From assembly GCA_964631675.1 (NCBI GenBank), contig CAZVXJ010000001.1, positions 1 through 52,703 on the forward strand: 52,703 nucleotides of DNA, written 5' to 3'. The notes under the pieces were generated by a model that had not been told where the DNA came from, ran no database searches, and was given only the letters and a program-made list of their open reading frames with translations. The translations under genes were made by a program, and so were the position numbers. Shown here in pieces: positions 1-7,786 of the stretch. Source of the stretch: an uncultured Alphaproteobacteria bacterium. GTDB taxonomy: Bacteria; Electryoneota; RPQS01. The stretch's first letter is position 1. Each line of letters opens with the position of its first letter.

Positions 1-1
1 T

Positions 2-802
2 GGGTGCCTTTGCAGACGCAACGATACGGAACGGCCCGTCGCTGTCGTCCTCACGATATTCCGTATTGACTCCGACAGCCGCAATGCGAAGTTTAACCTT
101 GCTGGAGGCGGGCTGCGTTACGGTCCAGTCATAGGAGGTCGACTGACCGTCAATGTCGTCGGCGATCAAAGAATACTGTTTGCCGCCATCGAGACTCACC
201 CACAAGGTGAACAATTCAGGCATTGGGCTGCATTCCCAGCGAACGGTATAGACAGTTCCTGGTTGAATTTTTTCGCTGCCATTGGGAGCAAGCAGTTTGA
301 GCCCGGCCACCGGATGAATGTTTTTCGGCGGAGTGTATGGTTGTTCGGGTTTGTCCCCGCCTACGGCATCCTTGCGCGCATTGGGCAGTAAAAGGGGATT
401 CGAGTTACAATGTGCCGAGACTTTGTTTCCCGACAAAGCTTGAACTTGGAAGACTACCGACCGACTGCGAAAGCTCGCAACAGAGAATTCGGCTCCGGCG
501 GTGTCCGCATGCACCGTGAACGGTCCAACGTAGACCGTATAGGGAAACGTCACACCGTTGTCCGTCGAGAGTAGTACTCGCCACTGTGTGGGCTGCGAGC
601 GAAAGATGCCGGCATCCCAGCTCAAATACACTTGATTTGACGAAATGGCTTGCGGACAATCCAGATAGCCACCCGGACAACGCACACGAAACGACACAGG
701 CCGCAGCGGATCCGGAATTCGGGGTGCGGCAAGCGACTCTGACAGAGTACCACCGAGGCCGAGTGCTGACATAGCAACGAGAAGACATAATCTTTTCAGC
801 AT
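2..802 (-). CDS. Secreted repeat protein, N-terminal 267 aa (gene runs off the window start)
   Basis: Own translation of the reverse strand from ATG 802-800 gives MLKRLCLLVAMSALGLGGTLSESLAAP (signal peptide) and stays open to position 2. It contains Ig-like strand patterns such as 'GTVYTVRWEC' and 'SYDWTVT'. It is absent from the ORF track because it has no stop inside the window. The listed ORF 405..788 is in another frame. Confidence 0.75.
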   Translation of the reverse strand, partial: MLKRLCLLVAMSALGLGGTLSESLAAPRIPDPLRPVSFRVRCPGGYLDCPQAISSNQVYLSWDAGIFRSQPTQWRVLLSTDNGVTFPYTVYVGPFTVHADTAGAEFSVASFRSRSVVFQVQALSGNKVSAHCNSNPLLLPNARKDAVGGDKPEQPYTPPKNIHPVAGLKLLAPNGSEKIQPGTVYTVRWECSPMPELFTLWVSLDGGKQYSLIADDIDGQSTSYDWTVTQPASSKVKLRIAAVGVNTEYREDDSDGPFRIVASAKAP

Positions 803-1067
803 GTTCTGACTCCGAAAGGGGTTGAATAACTTCTTGGGAGGTGTTCCCGTCGATAAATTGTGCAATTCAGAGAGTTCTTACTGACACGCGTGTTGGTCAA
901 ATTAGCGATATCAGGCGAGAGGTGCAACCGTTGACTCAAGGGCGGCACCAAGCAGTGCACCAGGATAAGTGATCAAGGCCCATCGGGAGTAGCGGTTTTC
1001 TTCATCAAAATCAGGAGGAATTCGGTGTTTTAATGCTTATATTTAGAATGGGAAAACCCGGCAACTA

Positions 1068-1859
1068 TTGGAAAATTCAAGGAGTTATAAACCTGACATG
1101 GCTCAGGAAACGAAAGGTCAAATAGGGTTGTTTTTACAGAGTTTGCGGGTTAAAAATTTAGGACAGGTCTGGAGGCCTGCCTCGGTGGTCACGTTCATAG
1201 TGCTGCTCATGGGCCTCTTGGGGACCGTCTGCTATGGTCAAACCGCCAAGACAGAGGGCCAGTTGGAGGTGGGGCTTCTGAAATACAAGGGGGGCGGGGA
1301 CTGGTATTCGGCTGGCCGGGCTTTGGCAAACCTTATTCAGTTTGTACGCTCAAATACGAGTGTGGAGGTCGCTCCCGAGCCGGTCGCGGTGGAGCCATCT
1401 TCTCCCGACCTGCTGGCTCATCCGCTGGTGTTCATCAATGGGCACGGGAATGTAGCTTTTTCGCAGGATGATGTGGTGAATCTGCGGGCCTGGATGCTGG
1501 CCGGAGGATTCTTGTTTGCGAATGACGATTACGGAATGGATCCGAGCTTCAGGCGAGAGATGAAGAAGGTGTTTCCTGAAAGCGAGTGGATTGAGCTGCC
1601 GTTTTCACATTCGATTTACCACACGCTGTACCAGTTCCCCAACGGACTGCCGAAAATTCACGAGCACGACAAGTTGCCAGCCATGGGATATGGACTTTAC
1701 GTGAATGGGGTCATGGTCTGCTTCTACGATGTGCAGTGTGATCTGGGCGACGGCTGGGAAGTGGCCGAAGTACACGGTGATCCTCCGGAGAAAAGGCAGG
1801 CGGCTTTACAAATGGGGACGAATGTGCTGATGTACGCGCTGAGCCGAGGCGTCGAGTAA
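1068..1859 (+). CDS. DUF4159-family protein (Bat/aerotolerance-cluster associated), N-terminal membrane anchor
   Basis: The motif 'LKYKGGGDWYS...' followed by 'FINGHG...FANDDYGMD' matches my recollection of DUF4159. A hydrophobic anchor 'VVTFIVLLMGLLGTVCYG' is present. The track start 1068 is TTG; ATG at 1098 (MAQETKG) is the more likely start. Confidence 0.8.
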   Translation: MENSRSYKPDMAQETKGQIGLFLQSLRVKNLGQVWRPASVVTFIVLLMGLLGTVCYGQTAKTEGQLEVGLLKYKGGGDWYSAGRALANLIQFVRSNTSVEVAPEPVAVEPSSPDLLAHPLVFINGHGNVAFSQDDVVNLRAWMLAGGFLFANDDYGMDPSFRREMKKVFPESEWIELPFSHSIYHTLYQFPNGLPKIHEHDKLPAMGYGLYVNGVMVCFYDVQCDLGDGWEVAEVHGDPPEKRQAALQMGTNVLMYALSRGVE

Positions 1860-1861
1860 GA

Positions 1862-1901
1862 CGCTGACAAGCCGACATTCCGACACGCCGACATGCTGAC
1901 C
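1862..1901 (+). repeat. Five tandem 8-nt words NNCYGACA running into the start codon at 1893
   Basis: cgctgaca / agccgaca / ttccgaca / cgccgaca / tgctgacc, read directly from the sequence. Confidence 0.7.
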
Positions 1902-2237
1902 GCTTCGCTTATTCTGATCTCTCTTGCCGGATTAGTTGGAATCATTCCGATGCGGTCGCTGTTGAAAGGCGTGCCGGCCAAATGGCGGTTCATCCTGCTG
2001 CACGGCGGACTGGCCGTCACTGGAATTGCGCTCTTATTTGTTCAAGCGACCGGAAAAAGCGAAGCACCGCTGTTCGCGCTGATGATGCTGATCATGGCCG
2101 CGCTGGGAGGCGTTGCGCTGTTCTTCCTGCACCGGTTCAAAGCTCCGATTCCCGCGGGAATGGCTATGATTCATCCGATGGTTGGCGTATTCGGACTGAT
2201 ACTTTTGATCTTGTTTATGCTGACGGGGGAAGGATAA
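1893..2237 (+). CDS. Small integral membrane protein (about 4 TM helices), unknown function
   Basis: The 114-aa product is almost entirely hydrophobic segments (LILISLAGLVGIIP, GLAVTGIALLFV, LFALMMLIMAALGGVALFFL, MVGVFGLILLILFML). No motif recognised. Confidence 0.7.
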   Translation: MLTASLILISLAGLVGIIPMRSLLKGVPAKWRFILLHGGLAVTGIALLFVQATGKSEAPLFALMMLIMAALGGVALFFLHRFKAPIPAGMAMIHPMVGVFGLILLILFMLTGEG

Positions 2238-2316
2238 CACACCGACACACCGAACAGCCGACGCGCCGACAGCAGTACGTCGGTACATTGGTATGTTGGT
2301 TTGTCGGAATTTCGGT
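2238..2316 (+). repeat. 8-nt-periodic CCGAC word array facing a GTYGG word array (long imperfect hairpin)
   Basis: CCGAC/CCGAA words start at 2242, 2250, 2258 and 2266. GTCGG/ATTGG/GTTGG/GTCGG/TTCGG words start at 2279, 2287, 2295, 2303 and 2311. Pairing needs G-U wobbles, which are valid only in the + strand RNA. Confidence 0.7.
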
Positions 2317-2348
2317 ATGTTTGCTGTCAAACCACCGGGAGGTCTGTC

Positions 2349-2768
2349 ATGAGTCAGGATTATCGCAAGGGAATCTTGTGGTCGATTCGCGTAGTCATCG
2401 CGATTGTGTTTATTCTGGCAGGGGGGCCGAAGATTTTGAAAGACCCGAACTGGGTGCAGAATTTCCAGGAATGGGGCTATCCCGACTGGTTCCGCATGCT
2501 GGTGGGCTGGGTGGAGATACTGGGCGCGCTGGCACTGGTGAACAATCGCACCGTCTCCGGAGCTTCAGCAGGACTCGCGATGGTGATGTTTGGCGCAACC
2601 GTCACGAGGTTCGTCAACGGCGATTGGCAGTGGGCACTGCCTCCGCTTGCGATATCAATTCTGCTGATTATTGTGGCGATGGCCTATCGTCCGCATCCGG
2701 TGAAGGGCGAGCTGGAAGACAATGAGTATGCAGATTATGAGGGAGAGCCGGATCACATCAAAGTATGA
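2349..2768 (+). CDS. DoxX-family membrane protein
   Basis: 'RVVIAIVFILAGGPKIL...GYPDWFRMLVGWVEILGALALV' is the typical DoxX pattern. GGGAGG lies 8 nt upstream of ATG 2349. The track start 2301 is TTG and lies inside an intergenic hairpin. Confidence 0.8.
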   Translation: MSQDYRKGILWSIRVVIAIVFILAGGPKILKDPNWVQNFQEWGYPDWFRMLVGWVEILGALALVNNRTVSGASAGLAMVMFGATVTRFVNGDWQWALPPLAISILLIIVAMAYRPHPVKGELEDNEYADYEGEPDHIKV

Positions 2769-2856
2769 AGTATGAAATATGAAAGATGAACGAAGAAAAT
2801 TGAAGCTGAAAGCTGTCTTGGTATTTTTTTCATACTTCATCGTTCATACTTCATCT
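2763..2856 (+). repeat. 7-nt-periodic (N3)TGAA word array facing a TTCA(N3) array (hairpin spanning a stop codon and the next start)
   Basis: TGAA occurs at 2766, 2773, 2780 and 2787, then at 2801 and 2807 (near-period; AGAA sits at the intervening 2794 slot). TTCA occurs at 2829, 2836, 2843 and 2850. Confidence 0.65.
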
Positions 2857-3381
2857 TTTGCCCAAGAAACCTACTTCCATGCCGGAGTGGGCGCGGCTTC
2901 GGGTTCAAATTTCGGGATGCCGATTACGGCCGGGGCGGCGCTTCAGGCGGGCGAGATTCCGCTCACGATATTGAAGACCGAACTCATGGCCGGTGCATGG
3001 CGGATATCGGACAACAGCAGTTCAATCGGTTTCTGTGACAAGTGCGATTTTGCCGACGCGTGGTGGGGATTTTATCAGGGGGCACGGCTGCGGGTCGAGG
3101 GGCTATTGCCGGAAGCCGGGACTTTTCCCAGTACCCAAGGAGTGGGCTTGGCCTTCGGGCAGAGCATTCCGCATCTTGAAGACGGCGGATACGGCGGAAC
3201 CGACTATTATTTGCTCGGGATGGGATTTATCCGGTATGACCTGAATCCGGGCAAACCGGCCGGGCTTTTTGTGGAATTGGATGTGTGGCTGAAACTCACG
3301 AACCGGGAGTCGCAGGGCTCTCCGGCTGAAATGCTGACGGCGAATTTGGGAGTCAGGTTGCCGGGGCTGGGGAAACGATAA
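2779..3381 (+). CDS. Secreted hypothetical protein, possibly an outer-membrane beta-sheet protein
   Basis: Signal-peptide-like N-terminus (KLKLKAVLVFFSYFIVHTSSFA-QE) followed by Gly/Ala-rich alternating segments. The first ~25 codons are encoded by the 7-nt word hairpin at 2763..2856, so the start is uncertain. Confidence 0.6.
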   Translation: MKDERRKLKLKAVLVFFSYFIVHTSSFAQETYFHAGVGAASGSNFGMPITAGAALQAGEIPLTILKTELMAGAWRISDNSSSIGFCDKCDFADAWWGFYQGARLRVEGLLPEAGTFPSTQGVGLAFGQSIPHLEDGGYGGTDYYLLGMGFIRYDLNPGKPAGLFVELDVWLKLTNRESQGSPAEMLTANLGVRLPGLGKR

Positions 3382-3410
3382 TCGAAAAACGATGAACGAG
3401 GAACGATGAA
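3376..3410 (+). repeat. Five tandem 7-nt words CGNNNAA containing the start codon at 3406
   Basis: cgataat / cgaaaaa / cgatgaa / cgaggaa / cgatgaa. Confidence 0.6.
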
Positions 3411-3999
3411 AAACATTTTGTGGATGACTGCGATTTGTTTACTGGCGGTTGGTGCTGCGTTTGCTGAAGACAGTCCTTTGATTGTCAAAGCCAAGGAGTA
3501 TCGCGCGCTGAAAGACTCCGGCCAGGATACGGCCGCATTTGCTTACTTATCCAGCGATTGCCATATCTGGTATGAAAAGATCGAGGGCGAGGGCATTAAG
3601 GCGGACATCGGCGGGCCGTGGTCGCACTGGGATAACTACTTTCGTGGCACAAGGCAGTATGAGAGCTGGACCGTGGACAGCAATGCGGTGACCGTCAGCA
3701 TGATGGAGACAAATGACTTCTACAAGCTGATCGAACGCGAGCCGACGCGCGTGTTCATCACTTGGTGGTTTGACGACGATCAGAAAATTAACCGTGTGTT
3801 TGTAAAAGGCGACCGTTCGGTACGGCCGAAGGACCGGATGCCGGAGTTTGTGAAGTGGGCGCTGGGCACGATGCCTGCCGAAGTGGAATATCTGCTGCCC
3901 GACAAAAAGCTGAATCCCACCGGTGACCGCCCGGAGCGCTGGAAGAAGGCGCTTCTGGAATGGCGCAAGGCCGAAGGGTTGCCGGAAGTGAAGATGTAG
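3406..3999 (+). CDS. Secreted hypothetical protein
   Basis: Signal peptide MKNILWMTAICLLAVGAAFA-ED followed by globular, protein-like composition. No family recognised. Confidence 0.7.
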   Translation: MKNILWMTAICLLAVGAAFAEDSPLIVKAKEYRALKDSGQDTAAFAYLSSDCHIWYEKIEGEGIKADIGGPWSHWDNYFRGTRQYESWTVDSNAVTVSMMETNDFYKLIEREPTRVFITWWFDDDQKINRVFVKGDRSVRPKDRMPEFVKWALGTMPAEVEYLLPDKKLNPTGDRPERWKKALLEWRKAEGLPEVKM

Positions 4000-4161
4000 C
4001 ACACTGCGCACACTGCGTGTGGTTTTCCTCCACCAAACAGGCGCCAATCTCCGAGGTGGTGCGATGGAAGAGTAGATTCGGGGCATGTCCTTCCTTCGTC
4101 AGGATAAATTCCGACACGTGCCTCGGTGAAGAAATTTTGATTTTTCGATTTCCCCCCTTAA

Positions 4162-4184
4162 TCCCCCCACAAGATGTGGAGGGA
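4162..4184 (+). repeat. C-run/G-run hairpin with AGA loop and GAAGAAGA tail (copy 1)
   Basis: TCCCCCCACA-AGA-TGTGGAGGGA pairs at 9 of 10 positions. A second C-run (4151-4157) precedes it and GAAGAAGA follows it. Confidence 0.6.
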
Positions 4185-4210
4185 GAAGAAGATATAATTA
4201 GGAGTTTGAA

Positions 4211-7200
4211 ATGGGTGCAAGAGAGGTATTGAGCACGATCAGCAACTGGATGATGGGACTGCGGCGCGCGGTGATGGCCAATCGCTTGAAGGCGGGAGCC
4301 ATGTTTGCCGTGGCGGGATTTCTGTCATTCACTCTTGTCATAATGGTATTAGAAGCTATCGGCCATTTCCCCGGGGCACTGCGTGCCTTCTTGTTGGGGA
4401 GTTGGATTGTATCAGGGCTCGCGGCAGTGGGTCTCGGCATTGTGTGGCCGATTTTGAAGTACACGGTGTTCGCGCCGAGTCATAAACAGCTTGCGGGAGA
4501 ATACGCAGAGCGTATGCCGCAGGTGAAAGATCGTGTGCTGAATGCCTTGCAGCTTCTGGATCAGGTGGAAGGCGCGAACCGCGAAGGCTATTCAACGGAC
4601 ATGATTCTGGCGGCGGGCCGCGAAGTCGCGGAGGAACTGCGTTCTGTGAACTCACAGGATTTGCCCGATAAGCGTCCGGTGAAAATGGGTCAGCGTTTCG
4701 CCCTGGCTTCAGTGGGACTAACTGTGGTCATGCTGCTCGTGGCCGGAAGTTCTCTGCTTAGTGCCGGTGAGCGTGTGCTGAAACCGGGCGAGGAGTTTGC
4801 TCCTCCGGCGGCGTTCACGCTTTCACTGAAACCGGGAGATGTGGAACTCGTGCGCGGCGATTCGCTGGTTGTGGAAATTTATGTGGTCGGCGATGCGCCG
4901 GAAGAGGTAATTTTGGAACGGCTGGAGTCGGGGAAGAATGCAGGGGAGCCGGTGACGCTGGAAAGCGGAAAACAGAAAGCGGAAAGCGGAAGTCAGACGG
5001 AGGGTGTAAAACTGGAATACACTTACCGTGGGATTACGGCGCCGTTTACATATTGGGCGCACGCGGCGGGTGTGAATTCGGAAAAGTACAAAGTTTCGGT
5101 GCAGGAACTGCCCAGCGTGAAATTTCTCTCGCTGCGCGTGCAGCCGCCGGCTTATACGGGATTGGAAGAGACCGTGCTCGAAGAAAACGTTGGCGACGTG
5201 GCGGCAGTCGTAGGCACGAAAGTGAAACTCTCATTGGCGGCAACGAAGAGTTTGAAGAGTGCGCGGTTGGAGTTCGCGGCTCCCTCGATGAATGCAGATT
5301 CCGGGCAGGTGAGGACACCTGCCTCGGCGACCACGCTCCAGCTTGTGGTAGAAGGATCGCGGGCGAATGGGGAATTTGAAGTCAAGGAAAGCGGCTATTA
5401 CAAAATCAGACTGACCGACAGCGAAGGTTTGGAAAACCGCGATCCGATTCAATACCGAGTTACGGCGCGCAAAGACGAAGCGCCGATGATTACAATCAAG
5501 CAGCCGTCTGAAGATATTGACATCGCAGCGAATGTGAAGGTGCCTGTGGTGACGGAAGCGATTGACGACTATGGTTTCACGAAGATGAATCTGCGCTACT
5601 TCCGCACGTCGGCTTTTGAGCGCGCTGAAGAGCGAGAGAACGAAGCGAACTACCAGACCAAACCGCTGGAATGGAACATGCTCGAAGCCGGCAAAGCTGC
5701 CGCGGAGTATGTGTGGGATATGGGGCCGCTGGACCTGCTGCCGGAAGATCAGGTGCTGTTCTTTACCGAGGTCTGGGATAATGACCGCATCTCGGGACCC
5801 AAGCGCGCTCGCAGTGAAACGCGCACGCTGAGATTCCCCTCGATGGCCGAAATTTTTAATGAGCAGGAAAAGCAGGACGAAGCGCAGCAGATATCGCTCG
5901 CGGACTTGCTGAAGGAGTCGGAAGAACTTCGCGAAAAGGTTGAAGCGGCGGTAGAGGAGTTCAAGTCGAATCCGGAAATGAGCTGGGAGAAGAAGCAGGA
6001 GATGGAGCAGCTCATGGAAAAGCAGAAGACGATGAACGACATGCTGAGCCAAATCTCGGAGGCCATGGAAAAGGCGGCCGAGCAGATGGAGCAGCGCGCC
6101 ATGTTCTCGCCCGATGTGATGGAAAAGATGCAGAAGATTCAAGAACTCGTGAAAGAGGTGTTGACTCCGGAAATGAAAGAGGCGCTGAAGAAAATGGCCG
6201 AGGCCATGAAACAGCCGACGGAAGAAGAGATGCGCCGCGCGATGGAGAACATGCAGAAGAATCAAGACCTTTTCGAGCAGGCGCTGGATCAGACTTTGAA
6301 CATGCTGGAACAGCTCAAGGTCGAAAAGAAGATGGATGAACTGACGCGCCGTCTGGATGAACTGGGCCGCCAGCAGGAGCAGCTCAATGAAAAGATGGAT
6401 CAGAACACTCCGGAAACTGCGCCAAAGAATGCCGAGCAGCAGAAGAAATTGTCCGAAGAGATGAAGGCCATCGAGAAGGAGCTGCAGAAGCTGGCCGAAG
6501 AGATGAAGGAAAAGCAGATGAAGGCCGCCGAAAAGATGGACAAGATGAGCAAGGAGGCGGAGCAGCAGAAGATGAGCGAGGAGATGAAAAAGAACTCCGA
6601 GCAAATGTCGATGTGCAACAACTCCCAGTGCAAGAAGCAAGGCAAGAAGAACCGCCGTCAGATGTCGGAGATGGCCAACCAGCTGCAGAACATCAAGAAC
6701 GAAATGAATCAGAGCGAGGATCAGGAAGCACTGGAGGCTCTGGAAAAAGCACGCGATCAGATGCTCGACTTGTCCATGCGGCAGGAGCAGCTTTGGAAGC
6801 AGTCGGAAAATCTGGAAGCCGGAAGTCCGCAGGCCGCACAAGTGGCGGAAGAACAGGAAAATCTGCGGCAAGCACTTTCTCGTGTGAAGCAGGACATGGA
6901 GGAACTTGCGCGCAAGTCCATGCACGCCACGCCGAAACTTGTTGCCGCGATGAGCGAAGCCGAAGCACAGATGAAACAGGCCGCGCAATCGGCTTCAGAA
7001 CGCGACCAGCGTACGGCATCACACTACCGCAAGCAGGCATTGTCGGCAATGAACGCGGCACTCAAGGAGAACCAGAGTTCATGCTCGAGCTGCAAGAGTG
7101 CGTGCAATAAGCCCAACCCGAATTCACAGTGCAACAGTGCCGGGCAGATGGCCGGCGAGCAGCAGAAGCTGAATGAAGGCACCCGGAGCATGATGCAGGG

Positions 7201-7660
7201 CAATCAGAATCCCGGCAGCCTGGGGATGGGTGAACAGGCTTCGATGCAGCGACTGGCCGTCGAGCAGGAAGCATTGGCGAAAAGTGCGCGGCAGCTTGCG
7301 GAAGAGGCGAAGGCATCACAGCAGAGCCTCGGCAAGATGGAAGACATTGCCAAGGAGATGGAGGAGGTCGCTCAGGATTTGAAGAACCGCAACGTGTCGG
7401 AGCGCACGCTGGAAAAGCAGGACAGGATAGAATCCCGGCTGCTCGATTTTCAGCGCGCCAATCGCGAGCGTGAGTTTTCTCCGAAGCGGCAGGCCAACAC
7501 AGGCATAGACATCGTGCGCACATCGCCGAAAGCAATGCCGGAGAAGCCGGGACAAGATCAGCTGAGAGAGGATATGCTGCGCGCGCTCGATGCCAAGTAC
7601 ACTCCGGACTACGAGAGTTTGATTCGATCGTACTTTGAAGCGCTGGGAAAGATGAAGTAA
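4211..7660 (+). CDS. DUF4175-like large membrane-anchored protein with ~600-aa Met/Glu/Lys/Gln-rich coiled coil
   Basis: 1149-aa ORF with AGGAG 8 nt upstream. N-terminal TM hairpin (AMFAVAGFLSFTLVIMVL / LLGSWIVSGLAAVGLGIVWPIL) and a mid-domain with 'EAIDDYGF'. Long low-complexity helical region and a C-terminal 'YESLIRSYFEALGK'. The family assignment rests on architecture plus DUF4159 nearby, and is a recollection. Confidence 0.85.
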   Translation: MGAREVLSTISNWMMGLRRAVMANRLKAGAMFAVAGFLSFTLVIMVLEAIGHFPGALRAFLLGSWIVSGLAAVGLGIVWPILKYTVFAPSHKQLAGEYAERMPQVKDRVLNALQLLDQVEGANREGYSTDMILAAGREVAEELRSVNSQDLPDKRPVKMGQRFALASVGLTVVMLLVAGSSLLSAGERVLKPGEEFAPPAAFTLSLKPGDVELVRGDSLVVEIYVVGDAPEEVILERLESGKNAGEPVTLESGKQKAESGSQTEGVKLEYTYRGITAPFTYWAHAAGVNSEKYKVSVQELPSVKFLSLRVQPPAYTGLEETVLEENVGDVAAVVGTKVKLSLAATKSLKSARLEFAAPSMNADSGQVRTPASATTLQLVVEGSRANGEFEVKESGYYKIRLTDSEGLENRDPIQYRVTARKDEAPMITIKQPSEDIDIAANVKVPVVTEAIDDYGFTKMNLRYFRTSAFERAEERENEANYQTKPLEWNMLEAGKAAAEYVWDMGPLDLLPEDQVLFFTEVWDNDRISGPKRARSETRTLRFPSMAEIFNEQEKQDEAQQISLADLLKESEELREKVEAAVEEFKSNPEMSWEKKQEMEQLMEKQKTMNDMLSQISEAMEKAAEQMEQRAMFSPDVMEKMQKIQELVKEVLTPEMKEALKKMAEAMKQPTEEEMRRAMENMQKNQDLFEQALDQTLNMLEQLKVEKKMDELTRRLDELGRQQEQLNEKMDQNTPETAPKNAEQQKKLSEEMKAIEKELQKLAEEMKEKQMKAAEKMDKMSKEAEQQKMSEEMKKNSEQMSMCNNSQCKKQGKKNRRQMSEMANQLQNIKNEMNQSEDQEALEALEKARDQMLDLSMRQEQLWKQSENLEAGSPQAAQVAEEQENLRQALSRVKQDMEELARKSMHATPKLVAAMSEAEAQMKQAAQSASERDQRTASHYRKQALSAMNAALKENQSSCSSCKSACNKPNPNSQCNSAGQMAGEQQKLNEGTRSMMQGNQNPGSLGMGEQASMQRLAVEQEALAKSARQLAEEAKASQQSLGKMEDIAKEMEEVAQDLKNRNVSERTLEKQDRIESRLLDFQRANREREFSPKRQANTGIDIVRTSPKAMPEKPGQDQLREDMLRALDAKYTPDYESLIRSYFEALGKMK

Positions 7661-7763
7661 ACGAACCGACTTACCGATATGCCGACGTACCGCAATAGCA
7701 AAGTTCAGATTCTCAGTCTGTCGGCGTGTCGGAATGTTGGTCTGTCGGAATGTCAGTTTTCGG
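7661..7763 (+). repeat. Second CCGAC / GTYGG 8-nt word hairpin
   Basis: CCGAC/CCGAT/CCGAC/CCGCA words start at 7666, 7674, 7682 and 7690. GTCGG/GTCGG/GTTGG/GTCGG/GTCAG/TTCGG words start at 7720, 7728, 7736, 7744, 7752 and 7759. Confidence 0.7.
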
Positions 7764-7786
7764 TGTGTAAGAAAAGGAGATGAATC

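Noticed and set aside
1982-2725. 247-aa + strand ORF spanning two smaller genes
   Set aside because: Its composition is Arg/Gly/Ser-rich. It overlaps the membrane-protein and DoxX frames, which have clear hydrophobic and family patterns, and it crosses the intergenic CCGAC hairpin.
5231-6988. 585-aa ORF on the minus strand opposite the DUF4175-like gene
   Set aside because: It is a shadow of the E/K/Q/M-rich coiled-coil coding region. Its translation is monotonous L/H/F/R-rich low complexity with no start context, and the + strand ORF is far longer with a good RBS.
1862-7763. The word arrays considered as a CRISPR array or as tandem coding repeats
   Set aside because: The period is only 7-8 nt with no spacers, and the arrays are 40-100 nt long. 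They sit between genes and partly form inverted arms. This is incompatible with CRISPR repeats (typically 24-48 nt with unique spacers).
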